A DNA stretch of 32,000 nucleotides from Paracoccus suum (lineage in GTDB: Bacteria; Pseudomonadota; Alphaproteobacteria; Rhodobacterales; Rhodobacteraceae), in NCBI RefSeq assembly GCF_003324675.1, contig NZ_CP030918.1:3210001-3242000 (forward strand), in the 5' to 3' direction. Made by a program: the position numbers and the translations under genes. Shown piece by piece: positions 8,835-18,941 of this stretch; positions within the stretch are counted from its first letter, which is position 1, and every line of letters begins with the position of its first letter. Below the pieces are notes generated by a model, which did not search any database, had not been told where the DNA came from, and was given only the letters and a program-made list of their open reading frames with translations.

Positions 8835-10202
8835 ATGGCCCGAACCCCCTCGCCCGCCTTTGCCTGCACCGCCTGCGGCGCCGTCCATCGCAAATGGGCC
8901 GGCCGCTGCGACGCCTGCGGGGCGTGGAACACTATCGTCGAGGAGTCCCCGATCGGCACCGGCGCGCCCAAGGGCCTCGGGGTCGTCAAGGGCCGCGCGG
9001 TGCCGCTGACCTCGCTGGACACGACCGAGGCCCCGCCGCCCCGCCAGCCCTCCGGCATGGACGAGCTGGACCGCGTTCTGGGCGGCGGTCTGGTGCCGGG
9101 CAGCGCCATTCTGGTCGGCGGGGATCCCGGTATCGGCAAGTCCACGCTGCTGCTGCAGGCGATGGCGGCCTTTGCCCGCGCCGGCGCCAGCGCCATCTAT
9201 ATCTCGGGCGAGGAGGCGACGGCGCAGGTCCGGATGCGGGCCGCCCGCCTCGGGCTGGCCGATGCGCCGGTACGGCTGGGGGCGGAAACCGCCCTGCGGG
9301 ACATTCTGACCACGCTGGAGACCGAGCGCCCGACGGTCGCCGTGATCGATTCGATCCAGACACTTTGGTCCGATATGGTCGAGGCAGCGCCCGGCAGCGT
9401 CGGCCAGGTCCGCGCCTCGGCCCATGAATTGGTCACCTTTGCCAAGTCGCGCGGCGTTGCGGTGATCCTGGTCGGTCATGTCACCAAGGACGGTCAGATC
9501 GCCGGCCCGCGCGTGGTCGAGCACATGGTCGACACCGTGCTTTATTTCGAGGGTGAGCGCGGCCACCAGTTCCGCATCCTGCGAAGCGTCAAGAACCGCT
9601 TTGGCCCGGCCGGAGAGATCGGGGTGTTCGAGATGACCGGGGGCGGCCTCGCCGAGGTGCCCAACCCCTCCGCCCTGTTCCTGTCGGAGCGCGGCCAGCA
9701 GGTCGCCGGCGCGGCCGTGTTCGCCGGCATCGAGGGCACCCGCCCCATGCTGACCGAGATCCAGGCCCTCGTGGCGCCCTCGACCCTCGCCTCGCCGCGG
9801 CGGACGGTCGTGGGCCTGGACGCGGGCCGGGTCAGCACCATCCTCGCCGTACTTGAGGCGCGCTGCGCCATCCCCTTCACCGGCCTAGACGTTTTTCTGA
9901 ACGTCGCGGGGGGGATGCGGGTCACTGAACCCGCCGCGGACCTCGCCATCGCCGCTGCCCTGCTGAGCGCGCGCGAGGATCACGCCCTGCCCGCCAATGC
10001 CGTGCTGTTCGGCGAAATCAGCCTGTCAGGGGCCTTGCGGCCGGTGTCGCAAGCCGAAAACAGGTTGAAAGAGGCGCGCAAACTTGGTTTCACACAGGCC
10101 ATCGTCCCCGAGGCGCAAAAGCTCGAGGCGGCCGAAGGGATGTCGCTGCTGCGCCAGCCCGATCTGACGCGCTTTGTCGGAGAGACCCTGGGCGCTGGCT
10201 GA
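8835..10202 (+). CDS. radA: DNA repair protein RadA
   Basis: Internal ATG of ORF 8613..10202(+). It has an N-terminal zinc finger (CTACGAVHRKWAGRCDACGAWN), a Walker A motif (GDPGIGKST), KNRFG, and a Lon-like C-terminal domain. Confidence 0.95.
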   Translation: MARTPSPAFACTACGAVHRKWAGRCDACGAWNTIVEESPIGTGAPKGLGVVKGRAVPLTSLDTTEAPPPRQPSGMDELDRVLGGGLVPGSAILVGGDPGIGKSTLLLQAMAAFARAGASAIYISGEEATAQVRMRAARLGLADAPVRLGAETALRDILTTLETERPTVAVIDSIQTLWSDMVEAAPGSVGQVRASAHELVTFAKSRGVAVILVGHVTKDGQIAGPRVVEHMVDTVLYFEGERGHQFRILRSVKNRFGPAGEIGVFEMTGGGLAEVPNPSALFLSERGQQVAGAAVFAGIEGTRPMLTEIQALVAPSTLASPRRTVVGLDAGRVSTILAVLEARCAIPFTGLDVFLNVAGGMRVTEPAADLAIAAALLSAREDHALPANAVLFGEISLSGALRPVSQAENRLKEARKLGFTQAIVPEAQKLEAAEGMSLLRQPDLTRFVGETLGAG

Positions 10203-10254
10203 GCCGCCGCCTGCACGCAAGAACCCGGCGCTGCCGGCCTAGGGAAGGCAAGGA

Positions 10255-10959
10255 ATGAACGGCTTCACCCTGATTGACGGGATCGTTGCGGCGGTCATCA
10301 TCCTGTCGGCGATCCTCGCCTATTCGCGCGGTTTCGTCCGCGAATCGCTCGCGATCCTCGGGTGGATCGGCGCAGCGGTTCTTGCATTCCTGTTCGCCGG
10401 GGCCGCCAGGCCGATGATCTCGCAGGTGCCGGGCCTCAACAAGTTCCTCGGTGACAGTTGCGAGTTGGGCACCATCGCGGGCTTTGCCGTCGTCTTTGCA
10501 ATCGCGCTGGTGGTGTTTTCCATCGTCACGCCGCTGTTCTCATCGGTCGTACAGCGCAGCGCGTTGGGCGGGGTCGACCAGGGCATGGGTTTCCTCTTTG
10601 GCGTCGCACGCGGCATCCTTTTGGTGGCCGTCGCCTTCATCGTCTATGACCGCGTCATGGCCACCGAAAAGATCGCCATGGTCGAGCAGTCGCGCTCGTC
10701 GCAGGTGTTCGCCCGCATGCGCGGAACCGTGAACGAGCAGATCCCGCAGGACGCGCCGGGCTGGGTGGTCAACCGCTACGAGCAGCTGGTGCGCACCTGC
10801 ACTGCCGCCGCCTCGGGCGCGGCGCCGACTGCCACCACACGGACCCCGACCAGCGCGACCCCGGAAGGCGCGGCCCCGGCCGAGACGACGACCACCACCA
10901 CCACGACGACCACCGCGCCTGCGGAAACCGCCCCGGCCCCGACCACGCCAAGCAACTGA
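10255..10959 (+). CDS. cvpA: CvpA-family membrane protein with Thr/Pro/Ala-rich C-terminal tail
   Basis: ORF 10255..10959(+). The N-terminal ~170 aa form a typical CvpA four-TM domain. The radA-cvpA-purF gene order is the classic arrangement. A GGAAGGCAAGGA purine-rich RBS lies upstream. Confidence 0.85.
   Translation: MNGFTLIDGIVAAVIILSAILAYSRGFVRESLAILGWIGAAVLAFLFAGAARPMISQVPGLNKFLGDSCELGTIAGFAVVFAIALVVFSIVTPLFSSVVQRSALGGVDQGMGFLFGVARGILLVAVAFIVYDRVMATEKIAMVEQSRSSQVFARMRGTVNEQIPQDAPGWVVNRYEQLVRTCTAAASGAAPTATTRTPTSATPEGAAPAETTTTTTTTTTAPAETAPAPTTPSN
10885..10914 (+). repeat. Ten consecutive Thr codons (ACG/ACC)x10 inside the cvpA tail
   Basis: Direct reading gives acg acg acc acc acc acc acg acg acc acc, encoding TTTTTTTTTT. 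Confidence 0.95.
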
Positions 10960-11039
10960 TCCCAAGGGGGTGACGTCGCAGCGCCAAGCCCTTAGATAAG
11001 GGTACGCTCAACACGCGAGCGTTAACGGAGTCGCCGCCG

Positions 11040-12518
11040 ATGCAGGCTTTCATCGCAGATCCATTCGACAGCGACTCGCTCCACGAGGAGTGCGGGGTGT
11101 TCGGCGTGATCGGCGTCGCCGAGGCCGCGAACTTTGTCGCCCTCGGCCTGCACGCGCTGCAGCATCGCGGCCAGGAGGCCGGCGGCATCGTCGCCCATGA
11201 TCCCGAGACCGGGTTCAACAGCGCTCACCGCTTCGGCTATGTGCGCGACAATTTCACCAAAGCTTCGCTGATGGAGACGCTGCCCGGGCCGCTTGCCATC
11301 GGCCACGTGCGTTATTCCACTGCAGGCTCGAAAGGCGCAGTGATTCGCGACATCCAGCCCTTCTTTGGCGAATTCGCCATGGGCGGCTGCGCCATTGCCC
11401 ATAACGGCAACCTGACCAACGCCGCCCAGTTGCGCCGCGAGTTGATCGAGCGGGGCAGCATCTTCCAGTCCGGCAGCGACAGCGAGTGCATCATCCACCT
11501 GATGGCGCGCTCGATTCAGAAGAACATCCCCGAGCGGATGAAGGACGCGCTGCGCCGCGTCGAGGGCGCCTTCAGCGTCATCGCCATGACACGCACCAAG
11601 CTGATCGGCGTGCGCGACCCGCTGGGCGTGCGCCCGCTGGTGCTTGGCACCCTGGGCGACGGCGCCCATGTGCTTGCGTCGGAGACTTGCGCGCTGGACA
11701 TCATCGGCGCCAGCTTCGTGCGCGAGATCGATCCGGGCGAGATGGTCGTCATCTCGGCCGAGGGTATCCAGAGTTCGCGGCCCTTCGGCCCCTCGACCGG
11801 CCGGTTCTGCATCTTCGAGCATGTCTATTTCTCGCGCCCCGATTCGATGATCGGCGGCCGCTCGGTCTATGAGACGCGGCGCCAGATCGGGGTCGAACTG
11901 GCGCGCGAGGCGCCGGTCGAGGCAGACTTGGTATGCCCGGTGCCGGACAGCGGCACCCCTGCGGCCATCGGCTACAGCCAGGAAAGCGGCATCCCCTATG
12001 CCATGGGCATCATCCGCAACCAGTATATGGGCCGTACCTTCATCGAGCCAACAGACCAGATCCGCGACATGGGCGTGCGCCTGAAGCTGAACGTGAACCG
12101 CGCCCTGGTGCGCGGCAAAAGAGTCGTGCTGGTTGACGATTCCGTCGTGCGCGGCACCACCAGTCGCAAGATCAAGGACATGATCCTCGAGGCCGGCGCG
12201 GCCGAGGTTCACTTCCGTATCGCCTCGCCGCCGACCGCCTGGCCCTGTTTTTACGGCGTCGACACGCCCGAACGCAGCAAGCTGTTGGCGGCCCAGATGA
12301 CGCCCGAGGAAATGCGCGAGTGGATTGGCGTCGACAGCCTCAAGTTCGTCTCGCTGGACGGCCTTTATCGTGCCGTGGGCGAGGCACAAGGCCGCAACCC
12401 CGAGCGTCCGCAGTATTGTGATGCCTGTTTCTCCGGCGAGTACCCCATCGTGCCCTCCGACCAGATGGAGCGCGGCTTTGAGATGAAGCCGATGCCGAGG
12501 ATCGCCGCGGCCGAGTAA
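11040..12518 (+). CDS. purF: Amidophosphoribosyltransferase
   Basis: ORF 11040..12518(+), 492 aa. It contains the Ntn Cys in ...LHEECGVFGV..., a PRPP-binding motif (VVLVDDSVVRGTTS), and C-terminal Cys ligands. Confidence 0.97.
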   Translation: MQAFIADPFDSDSLHEECGVFGVIGVAEAANFVALGLHALQHRGQEAGGIVAHDPETGFNSAHRFGYVRDNFTKASLMETLPGPLAIGHVRYSTAGSKGAVIRDIQPFFGEFAMGGCAIAHNGNLTNAAQLRRELIERGSIFQSGSDSECIIHLMARSIQKNIPERMKDALRRVEGAFSVIAMTRTKLIGVRDPLGVRPLVLGTLGDGAHVLASETCALDIIGASFVREIDPGEMVVISAEGIQSSRPFGPSTGRFCIFEHVYFSRPDSMIGGRSVYETRRQIGVELAREAPVEADLVCPVPDSGTPAAIGYSQESGIPYAMGIIRNQYMGRTFIEPTDQIRDMGVRLKLNVNRALVRGKRVVLVDDSVVRGTTSRKIKDMILEAGAAEVHFRIASPPTAWPCFYGVDTPERSKLLAAQMTPEEMREWIGVDSLKFVSLDGLYRAVGEAQGRNPERPQYCDACFSGEYPIVPSDQMERGFEMKPMPRIAAAE

Positions 12519-12572
12519 TCCACCGCGCAATGTTCCATCCTGACCTCGCCTGATTTCCGCGTCGGTCTGCGA

Positions 12573-13631
12573 TTATGCCCCGACCAGAGCCCGCGCGAAG
12601 TCATCGGCGTCGAAGGCATCCAGATCATCGATCTGCTCGCCCACACCAATGGCGTGGATCGGCAGGCCGAATTTGTCGGCCAGCGCAACCAGTACGCCGC
12701 CGCGCGCCGTGCCGTCCAGCTTGGTCATCACCAGTCCCGACACGTCGGCCAGCTTGCGGAAGGTCTCGACCTGGCTCACCGCGTTCTGGCCGGTCGTGGC
12801 ATCCAGCACCAGCAGGGTGTTGTGCGGCGCCGAGGGGTCCCGCTTGCGGATGACGCGAACGATCTTGGCCAGCTCCTCCATCAGGTCGGCACGGTTCTGC
12901 AGCCGGCCCGCCGTGTCGATCATCAGCAGATCGGCACCCTCGGCCTCGGCACGGACCATGGCGTCAAAGGCCAGCGAGGCGGGGTCCGAGCCTTCGGGCG
13001 CGGTCATCACCGGCACCCCGGCGCGCTGGCCCCAGACCTGGAGCTGCTCGACGGCAGCGGCGCGAAAGGTGTCGCCGGCGGCGATGATCACCGTCTTGCC
13101 GGCCGCGCGGAACTGGCTGGCGAGCTTGCCGATGGTTGTAGTCTTGCCGCTGCCGTTCACACCGACGACCAGCACCACCTGCGGCTTTTTCGCATAAAGC
13201 GGCAGCGGCCGGGCAACCGGCGTCATGATCCGCGCCACCTCGGCCGCCAGCCATCCGCGCAACTCGCTGGCCGAGACGCGGCGGCCCATGCGCCCGGCGG
13301 CGATATTGGCGGTGACGCGCAGCGCCGTGTCGACGCCCATGTCGGCCGCGATCAGCGTTTCCTCCAGATCCTCGAGCATGGCATCGTCAAGCTCGCGCCG
13401 CGGCTCGGGCGGGGCGGCGGGCCGGGCCGGGGCTGGCGCCTCGCGGCCAAGGATGCGGTTCAGCAGGCCGGGCTGCGGCGCGGGTTGCGGGGCCGGGGCC
13501 TGCGGCTCGGCAGCCCCGGGCCGCGCGGCGCCGGGCGCCGGCTCGTCCGCGCCCACAAGCGCGTCGAGACCGGCCCCGATTTTGGAGGATGAGCCGGCGA
13601 GGCGGTCTTTCAGCTTGGTGAAGAACGACAT
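12573..13631 (-). CDS. ftsY: Signal recognition particle receptor FtsY
   Basis: ORF 12573..13631(-), 352 aa. SRP GTPase motifs are present (GVNGSGKTTTIGKL, DTAGR, TKLDG). The N-terminal linker is Pro/Ala-rich. Confidence 0.97.
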   Translation of the reverse strand: MSFFTKLKDRLAGSSSKIGAGLDALVGADEPAPGAARPGAAEPQAPAPQPAPQPGLLNRILGREAPAPARPAAPPEPRRELDDAMLEDLEETLIAADMGVDTALRVTANIAAGRMGRRVSASELRGWLAAEVARIMTPVARPLPLYAKKPQVVLVVGVNGSGKTTTIGKLASQFRAAGKTVIIAAGDTFRAAAVEQLQVWGQRAGVPVMTAPEGSDPASLAFDAMVRAEAEGADLLMIDTAGRLQNRADLMEELAKIVRVIRKRDPSAPHNTLLVLDATTGQNAVSQVETFRKLADVSGLVMTKLDGTARGGVLVALADKFGLPIHAIGVGEQIDDLDAFDADDFARALVGA

Positions 13632-13755
13632 CGCGGCCCCCTTGAATACGGCCCGCGACCTTACCTTGCGGCCGGACCGAGTTAAAGCCTCCGCCCCTGT
13701 CCCGGATGGCGCTCCGCGTCAGTTGGGGCGACGCAACCCGCGCCCCAGCAAGCCT

Positions 13756-15396
13756 CTAGAACAGGCTGCCCTGCCCCGCCCCTCCCTTGGGTTTGCGCGG
13801 TGCGGCTTTGGCGGTCGGGGTCGCCATCGGGGCATCGACCGGCGCGACCGTGACGCTGCCGTCGCTAAACTCGACTCGCATCTTGGGCGTCGCGGCAGCG
13901 CGGGCCGCGGTCGCGATCAATCCCTCGGGGCCATGAACCACCGCAAAGCCCCGGCGCAGCGTCTCGCGATAGCCGAGAGACTGGCGCAGCCGGTCCATCC
14001 GTTCCACCCGCTCGCGCCGAGCGCTGAGCTGGCGCGGGCCGGCGACGGCAAGGCGGCGGGTCAGCGCCTCCAGCGATTCGCGGGCATCGGCGTTGCGCCG
14101 CAACCCCAGCACACGGGCGCGGGCGATGCCGCCGGCCAGCCGCCCGGCGCGGTCGGCCAGCAGGCGCGCCGCCTCGCGCTGCCGACGCAACAGCGCCGGC
14201 GCCATTCGCTCGGCCAGCGCCATCCGTCCCCGCGCCTGTGACGCTGCACGGCCCAGCGCATTTTCAAGCCGGCGCGCCTCGTCCAGCCGGCGGCGGGCCG
14301 CGCGCGTGCCCTGCCACAGCAGCGCCGGCGGCAGCGGCAGCGCACCCAGCCGGTCGCGGCGCTGCCGCACGAACCCGCGCAACCCCGGCTCCAGCCGGCC
14401 GGCGCCCAGATCGAGGCGCTGGCGGGCCGCATCGGTCAGCGCCTGCGGCCGGCCGAGGCCGCGCGCCAGATCGCGCAGCCGTTGCCGCGGCTGGGAAACC
14501 CGCGCCTGCGCACCGCGCAGCTTGCGCCCGTGCAGATCGACCATGCGGGCCAGCAGTTCGGCCCTGACCGGCACCGCGAACTCTGCCGCCGCGGTCGGCG
14601 TGGGCGCGCGCAGGTCGGCGACATGATCGATCAGCGTCGTGTCCGTCTCGTGCCCCACGGCCGAGATCAGCGGGATCGTCCCGGCCGCGACGGTGCGGAC
14701 CACCAGTTCCTCGTTGAAGCCCCACAGATCCTCGATCGAGCCACCACCGCGTGCGACGATGATCAGGTCCGGGCGCATCCCGCCGGTCGCCGCGTTGAAA
14801 CCGGCGATAGCCGCCGCGACCTCGGGCGCGCAGGCATTGCCCTGCACGGCCACCGGCCAGATCAGCACGCGGCTGGGAAAACGCTCGCGCAGGCGGTGCA
14901 GAATATCGCGGATCACCGCGCCAGAGGGCGAGGTCACCACGCCGATGGTGCCCGGCAGATAGGGGATCGGCCGCTTGCGCGCGGCATCGAACAGCCCCTC
15001 GGCCGCCAGCAGCTTGCGCCGCTGCTCCAGCATCGCCATCAGCGCGCCAAGGCCGGCGGGGGCGACACTGTCCACCAGCAGCTGATATTTGGACGCGCCG
15101 GGAAATGTCGTCAGCCGGCCGGTGACGATCACCTCCATCCCCTCCTCGGGCCGGTGCGGCAGGCGGCAGGCATTGGCCTTCCAGCAGACCGCGCCCAGCA
15201 CGGCCCGGTCGTCCTTGAGGTCAAAATAAAGATGGCCGGAGGCCGGACGCGAAACGCGCCCCACCTCGCCCCGCACGCGAACATGGGAAAACTCGCCCTC
15301 GATCACGCGCTTGACCGCGCCCGACACCTCGGACACGGACAGCGGCGGCGCGTTCGATGCGGCATCGGGGCCGGCGGCATCTTCGAAAAGGTCCAT
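13756..15396 (-). CDS. xseA: Exodeoxyribonuclease VII large subunit
   Basis: ORF 13756..15411(-). It has an OB-fold N-terminus (SVSEVSGAVKRVIEGEFSHVRVRGEV), a catalytic core (RGGGSIEDLWGFNEE), and a long coiled-coil C-terminus. The start is either the ATG at 15396 (MDLFED) or at 15411. Confidence 0.9.
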   Translation of the reverse strand: MDLFEDAAGPDAASNAPPLSVSEVSGAVKRVIEGEFSHVRVRGEVGRVSRPASGHLYFDLKDDRAVLGAVCWKANACRLPHRPEEGMEVIVTGRLTTFPGASKYQLLVDSVAPAGLGALMAMLEQRRKLLAAEGLFDAARKRPIPYLPGTIGVVTSPSGAVIRDILHRLRERFPSRVLIWPVAVQGNACAPEVAAAIAGFNAATGGMRPDLIIVARGGGSIEDLWGFNEELVVRTVAAGTIPLISAVGHETDTTLIDHVADLRAPTPTAAAEFAVPVRAELLARMVDLHGRKLRGAQARVSQPRQRLRDLARGLGRPQALTDAARQRLDLGAGRLEPGLRGFVRQRRDRLGALPLPPALLWQGTRAARRRLDEARRLENALGRAASQARGRMALAERMAPALLRRQREAARLLADRAGRLAGGIARARVLGLRRNADARESLEALTRRLAVAGPRQLSARRERVERMDRLRQSLGYRETLRRGFAVVHGPEGLIATAARAAATPKMRVEFSDGSVTVAPVDAPMATPTAKAAPRKPKGGAGQGSLF

Positions 15397-15512
15397 GGCC
15401 GGTTTTCGCAAGGCCGCACCGGCAGCGCAAGCGCAGCCGCGTGGGCGCCCATGTTGCGGGTCGCCGGGGACTGGCCTATCCCACGACCCAGATTGCGAGG
15501 GAGAGCGCGCGC

Positions 15513-16784
15513 ATGAACATCCTCATCCTCGGCGGCGGCGGGCGCGAGCATGCGCTGGCCTGGGCCTTTCGGCAGAACCCGAAATGCGACCGGCTGATTG
15601 TCGCGCCCGGCAATGCTGGCATCGCCGCGGTGGCCGAATGTGCCGCGCTCGACATCCTCTCGCGCAGCGCAGTGGTCGAGTTTGCCGGCCAGAACGCGGT
15701 CGATCTGGTCGTGATCGGCCCCGAGGCGCCGCTGGCGGCGGGCGTCTCCGACGCCCTGCGCGAGGCAGGGTTTGCGGTCTTTGGTCCCAGCAAGGCCGCG
15801 GCCCAACTGGAATCGTCCAAGGCCTTCACCAAGGCTGTCTGCGATGCCTGCGGCGCCCCCACAGCCGCCTGGGCGCGATTCACGGATGCCGAATCCGCCC
15901 GCGCCCATGTCGCGGCGCAGGGCGCGCCGATCGTCGTCAAGGCGGACGGCCTCGCCGCCGGCAAGGGCGTCACCGTCGCCATGACCGAGGCCGAGGCGCT
16001 GGGGGCGATCGACGCCGCCTTTTCCGGGGCCTTTGGCGAGGCCGGGGCCGAACTGGTGATCGAGTCCTTCATGGCCGGCGAGGAGGCCAGCTTCTTTGTC
16101 CTCTGCGACGGCGAGGCCGCGCTGCCGATCGGCAGCGCGCAGGACCACAAACGCGCTTTCGACGGCGATACCGGCCCCAACACTGGCGGAATGGGCGCCT
16201 ATTCCCCCGCCCCGATCCTGACCCCAGCCCTCGAGGCGCAGGTGATGGAGCAGATCATTCGCCCCACCCTGGCCGAGATGACCCGCCGCGGCGCACCGTT
16301 CCAGGGCGTGCTTTATGCTGGGCTGATGATCGAGGACGACGCGGCGCGGCTGGTCGAATACAACACCCGCTTCGGCGATCCCGAATGCCAGGTGCTGATG
16401 ATGCGGCTGGGCGCGCAGGCGCTCGACCTGATCCAGGCGGCGGCCGAGGGCCGGCTGGCCGGGGTCGCGGTCAATTGGGCCGGCGATCATGCCCTCAGCG
16501 TCGTTCTGGCCGCCAACGGCTACCCCGGCCCTGTCAAGAAGGGCAGCGAGATCAAAGGGCTGGAAGCGCTGCCTGAGACTTCTACGCAGATGATGTTCCA
16601 CGCCGGCACCCGTGCCGCCGACGGGCGCACGGTGGCTGACGGCGGGCGGGTCCTCGCCGCAACCGGTCGCGGCGCGTCCCTGGCCGAGGCGCGCGCGCGG
16701 GCCTATACCCTGGCCGAGGCGGTGGACTGGCCCGAGGGGTTCTACCGCCGCGACATCGGCTGGCGGGCGCTGCCCCTGGCATGA
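15513..16784 (+). CDS. purD: Phosphoribosylamine--glycine ligase
   Basis: Internal ATG of ORF 15357..16784(+): MNILILGGGGREHALAWAF..., with an ATP-grasp core. It is divergent from xseA. Confidence 0.96.
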   Translation: MNILILGGGGREHALAWAFRQNPKCDRLIVAPGNAGIAAVAECAALDILSRSAVVEFAGQNAVDLVVIGPEAPLAAGVSDALREAGFAVFGPSKAAAQLESSKAFTKAVCDACGAPTAAWARFTDAESARAHVAAQGAPIVVKADGLAAGKGVTVAMTEAEALGAIDAAFSGAFGEAGAELVIESFMAGEEASFFVLCDGEAALPIGSAQDHKRAFDGDTGPNTGGMGAYSPAPILTPALEAQVMEQIIRPTLAEMTRRGAPFQGVLYAGLMIEDDAARLVEYNTRFGDPECQVLMMRLGAQALDLIQAAAEGRLAGVAVNWAGDHALSVVLAANGYPGPVKKGSEIKGLEALPETSTQMMFHAGTRAADGRTVADGGRVLAATGRGASLAEARARAYTLAEAVDWPEGFYRRDIGWRALPLA

Positions 16785-17668
16785 GCGGATATTTCTCAGG
16801 CTTTTCGCTGCACAGCATCGATGCCGGCGATGGCCCAATCCGCCTGCGCGTCGGCGGCAGCGGCCCGGCCGTGATGTTGCTGCATGGCCATCCGCGTACC
16901 CACGCCACCTGGGACCGGGTGGCGGTCGACCTGGCGAGAGACTTTACCGTCATATGCCCGGACCTGCCCGGCTTTGGCGGCTCGTTCCAGCCGATCGACA
17001 TGCCAGACCATGCCGGCTCGTCCAAGCGCGCCAAGGCGGCCGCTCTGGCACGCCTGATGACCCGGTTGGGGCACGAGCGGTTCTTCCTCGCCGGTCACGA
17101 CCGGGGCGCGCCGACCGCGTTCCGGCTGGCGATGGATCATCCGCATCGCGTCTCAGCCTTGGCGCAACTGGACGGAATCCCAATCATCGAGCATCTGGAG
17201 CGCGCCGACTGGCGCTTTGCCCGCGACTGGTGGCACTGGTTCTTTTACGCCCAGCCGGCCAAGCCCGAGGGGGCGATCGCCGCCGACCCAGAGGCTTGGT
17301 ATGCCCCTGGCCCCAGACCCCACGTGGCCCCAGAGGCGCAGGCAGAATGGCTGGCGGCGATCCGCGATCCGGCCGTGGTACATGGCATGATCGAGGATTA
17401 CCGCGCCGGGCTCACGGTGGACCACATCCACGACCGGGCCGACCGCGACGCGCGCCGGCGGCTCGGCTGCCTGGTGACAGTCCTCTGGTCGCTACGCGAC
17501 GATCTGGCCGCCATATATGGCGATCCGCTGGCAATCTGGCGCGCCTGGGCCGACGAAGTCAGCGGCCACGGCATCGACAGCACCCATCACATGGCCGAGG
17601 AGGCGCCCGAGGCGGTGGCCGACGCGCTGCGCCGCGCCTTTCAGGCGCGCGAGTACATGCCCTCATAG
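16781..17668 (+). CDS. Alpha/beta hydrolase, haloacetate-dehalogenase/epoxide-hydrolase-like subfamily
   Basis: ORF 16781..17668(+), 295 aa. Motifs present: HGHP, GHDRG (nucleophile Asp), WWHWFF and DYRAG. Its ATG overlaps the purD stop (ATGA). Its 3' end overlaps the prs 3' end by 28 nt. Confidence 0.8.
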   Translation: MSGYFSGFSLHSIDAGDGPIRLRVGGSGPAVMLLHGHPRTHATWDRVAVDLARDFTVICPDLPGFGGSFQPIDMPDHAGSSKRAKAAALARLMTRLGHERFFLAGHDRGAPTAFRLAMDHPHRVSALAQLDGIPIIEHLERADWRFARDWWHWFFYAQPAKPEGAIAADPEAWYAPGPRPHVAPEAQAEWLAAIRDPAVVHGMIEDYRAGLTVDHIHDRADRDARRRLGCLVTVLWSLRDDLAAIYGDPLAIWRAWADEVSGHGIDSTHHMAEEAPEAVADALRRAFQAREYMPS

Positions 17669-18660
17669 ATCGGCTGCAATGTCTCGACCTCGAACAGGCT
17701 GCTGACCGAGGTGCCGTTCCAGATGTTCATGATCGCCTGCGCAAACATCGGCGCCGTCGGCACGATGCGGATGTTCTTGGCGGCGCGGACCTCGGGCGAG
17801 GGCTCTATCGAGTCCGTGATGACCAGCGATTTCATGATCGAGCCTTCGACCCGCTCGACCGCCGGTCCGGACAGAACGCCATGAGTGATGTAGGCGTGAA
17901 CCTCGGACGCGCCGTGGTCCACCAGCTTTTGCGCGGCCTTCACCAGCGTGCCGGCGGTGTCGCAGATATCGTCGACGATGATGCAGGTCTTGCCATCGAC
18001 GTCACCGATGACGGTCATTTCCGCGACTTCGCCCGCCTTTTCGCGGCGCTTGTCGACGATGGCGAGGGGTGCGCCGATGCGCTGCGCCAGCTCGCGTGCG
18101 CGGCCGACACCGCCGACGTCGGGCGAGACGACCATCAGTTCTGACAGGCGACCTTCGAACTGGTGCAGGATGTCGAGCGCGAAGATCGGCGCGGCATAGA
18201 GGTTGTCGACCGGAATGTCGAAAAACCCCTGGATCTGGGTCGCGTGCAGGTCCAGCGTCAGCACGCGCTGGACGCCCGCCTCGACCAACAGGTTGGCCAC
18301 CAGCTTGGCGCTGATCGGGGTGCGCGCCTTGGCGCGACGGTCCTGCCGGGCATAGCCGAAATAGGGGATCACCGCGGTGATGCGCGCGGCCGAGGACCGG
18401 CGCAGCGCGTCGGTCATGATGAGCAATTCCATCAGGTTGTCGTTCGCCGGGTTCGACGTCGACTGGATGATGTACATGTCCTCGCCGCGAACGTTTTCGA
18501 ACACCTCGACGAAGATTTCCTGGTCGTTGAACCGTTCGACCCGCGCATCGACCAACGAAACGTTCATCCCGCGGTGCAGCGACATGCGCCTGGCGATGGC
18601 CTTGGCCAGCGGCTGGTTGGCGTTGCCGGCGATCAGCTTGGGTTCGGTCATGGCGGGCAT
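17641..18660 (-). CDS. prs: Ribose-phosphate pyrophosphokinase
   Basis: C-terminal part of ORF 17641..18804(-): [23 protein letters not shown]...[11 protein letters not shown]...[11 protein letters not shown]. An alternative start lies at 18651. Confidence 0.96.
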   Translation of the reverse strand: MPAMTEPKLIAGNANQPLAKAIARRMSLHRGMNVSLVDARVERFNDQEIFVEVFENVRGEDMYIIQSTSNPANDNLMELLIMTDALRRSSAARITAVIPYFGYARQDRRAKARTPISAKLVANLLVEAGVQRVLTLDLHATQIQGFFDIPVDNLYAAPIFALDILHQFEGRLSELMVVSPDVGGVGRARELAQRIGAPLAIVDKRREKAGEVAEMTVIGDVDGKTCIIVDDICDTAGTLVKAAQKLVDHGASEVHAYITHGVLSGPAVERVEGSIMKSLVITDSIEPSPEVRAAKNIRIVPTAPMFAQAIMNIWNGTSVSSLFEVETLQPIYEGMYSRA

Positions 18661-18852
18661 AGGGTACCTGTTGCGGGATGCGGGGGCGCGGCCGGCAGGC
18701 AGCGGCGGATTCGGTTGCCGGCGCGGCCCGCTTAGCACCACGGGGGGATGCCGGCAAACCTTGCCGATGCAGCGGTTGCCCGTCGCACCCGGTGCCAACC
18801 GCATGGATCATCGGCGAAATTCCGCCGATTGCTCGACCCACGGAAAGGTTGG

Positions 18853-18879
18853 GGAACGAACTCACCATGCTGCCACGTT
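18853..18879 (+). promoter_or_regulatory. Candidate EcfG-like (general stress) promoter, GGAAC-N18-CGTT
   Basis: TTGGGGAAC at 18849-18857 and CGTT at 18876-18879, 63 nt upstream of the PRC-barrel ATG. The spacer is 1-2 nt longer than the GGAAC-N16/17-CGTT consensus. It shares the extended TTGGGGAAC with the site at 31141. Confidence 0.3.
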
Positions 18880-18941
18880 TCCCTCTCGCAGCGGCCGGGC
18901 AACCGGACGCGACGATCCTTGATCAATATCGGAGACGCTTC

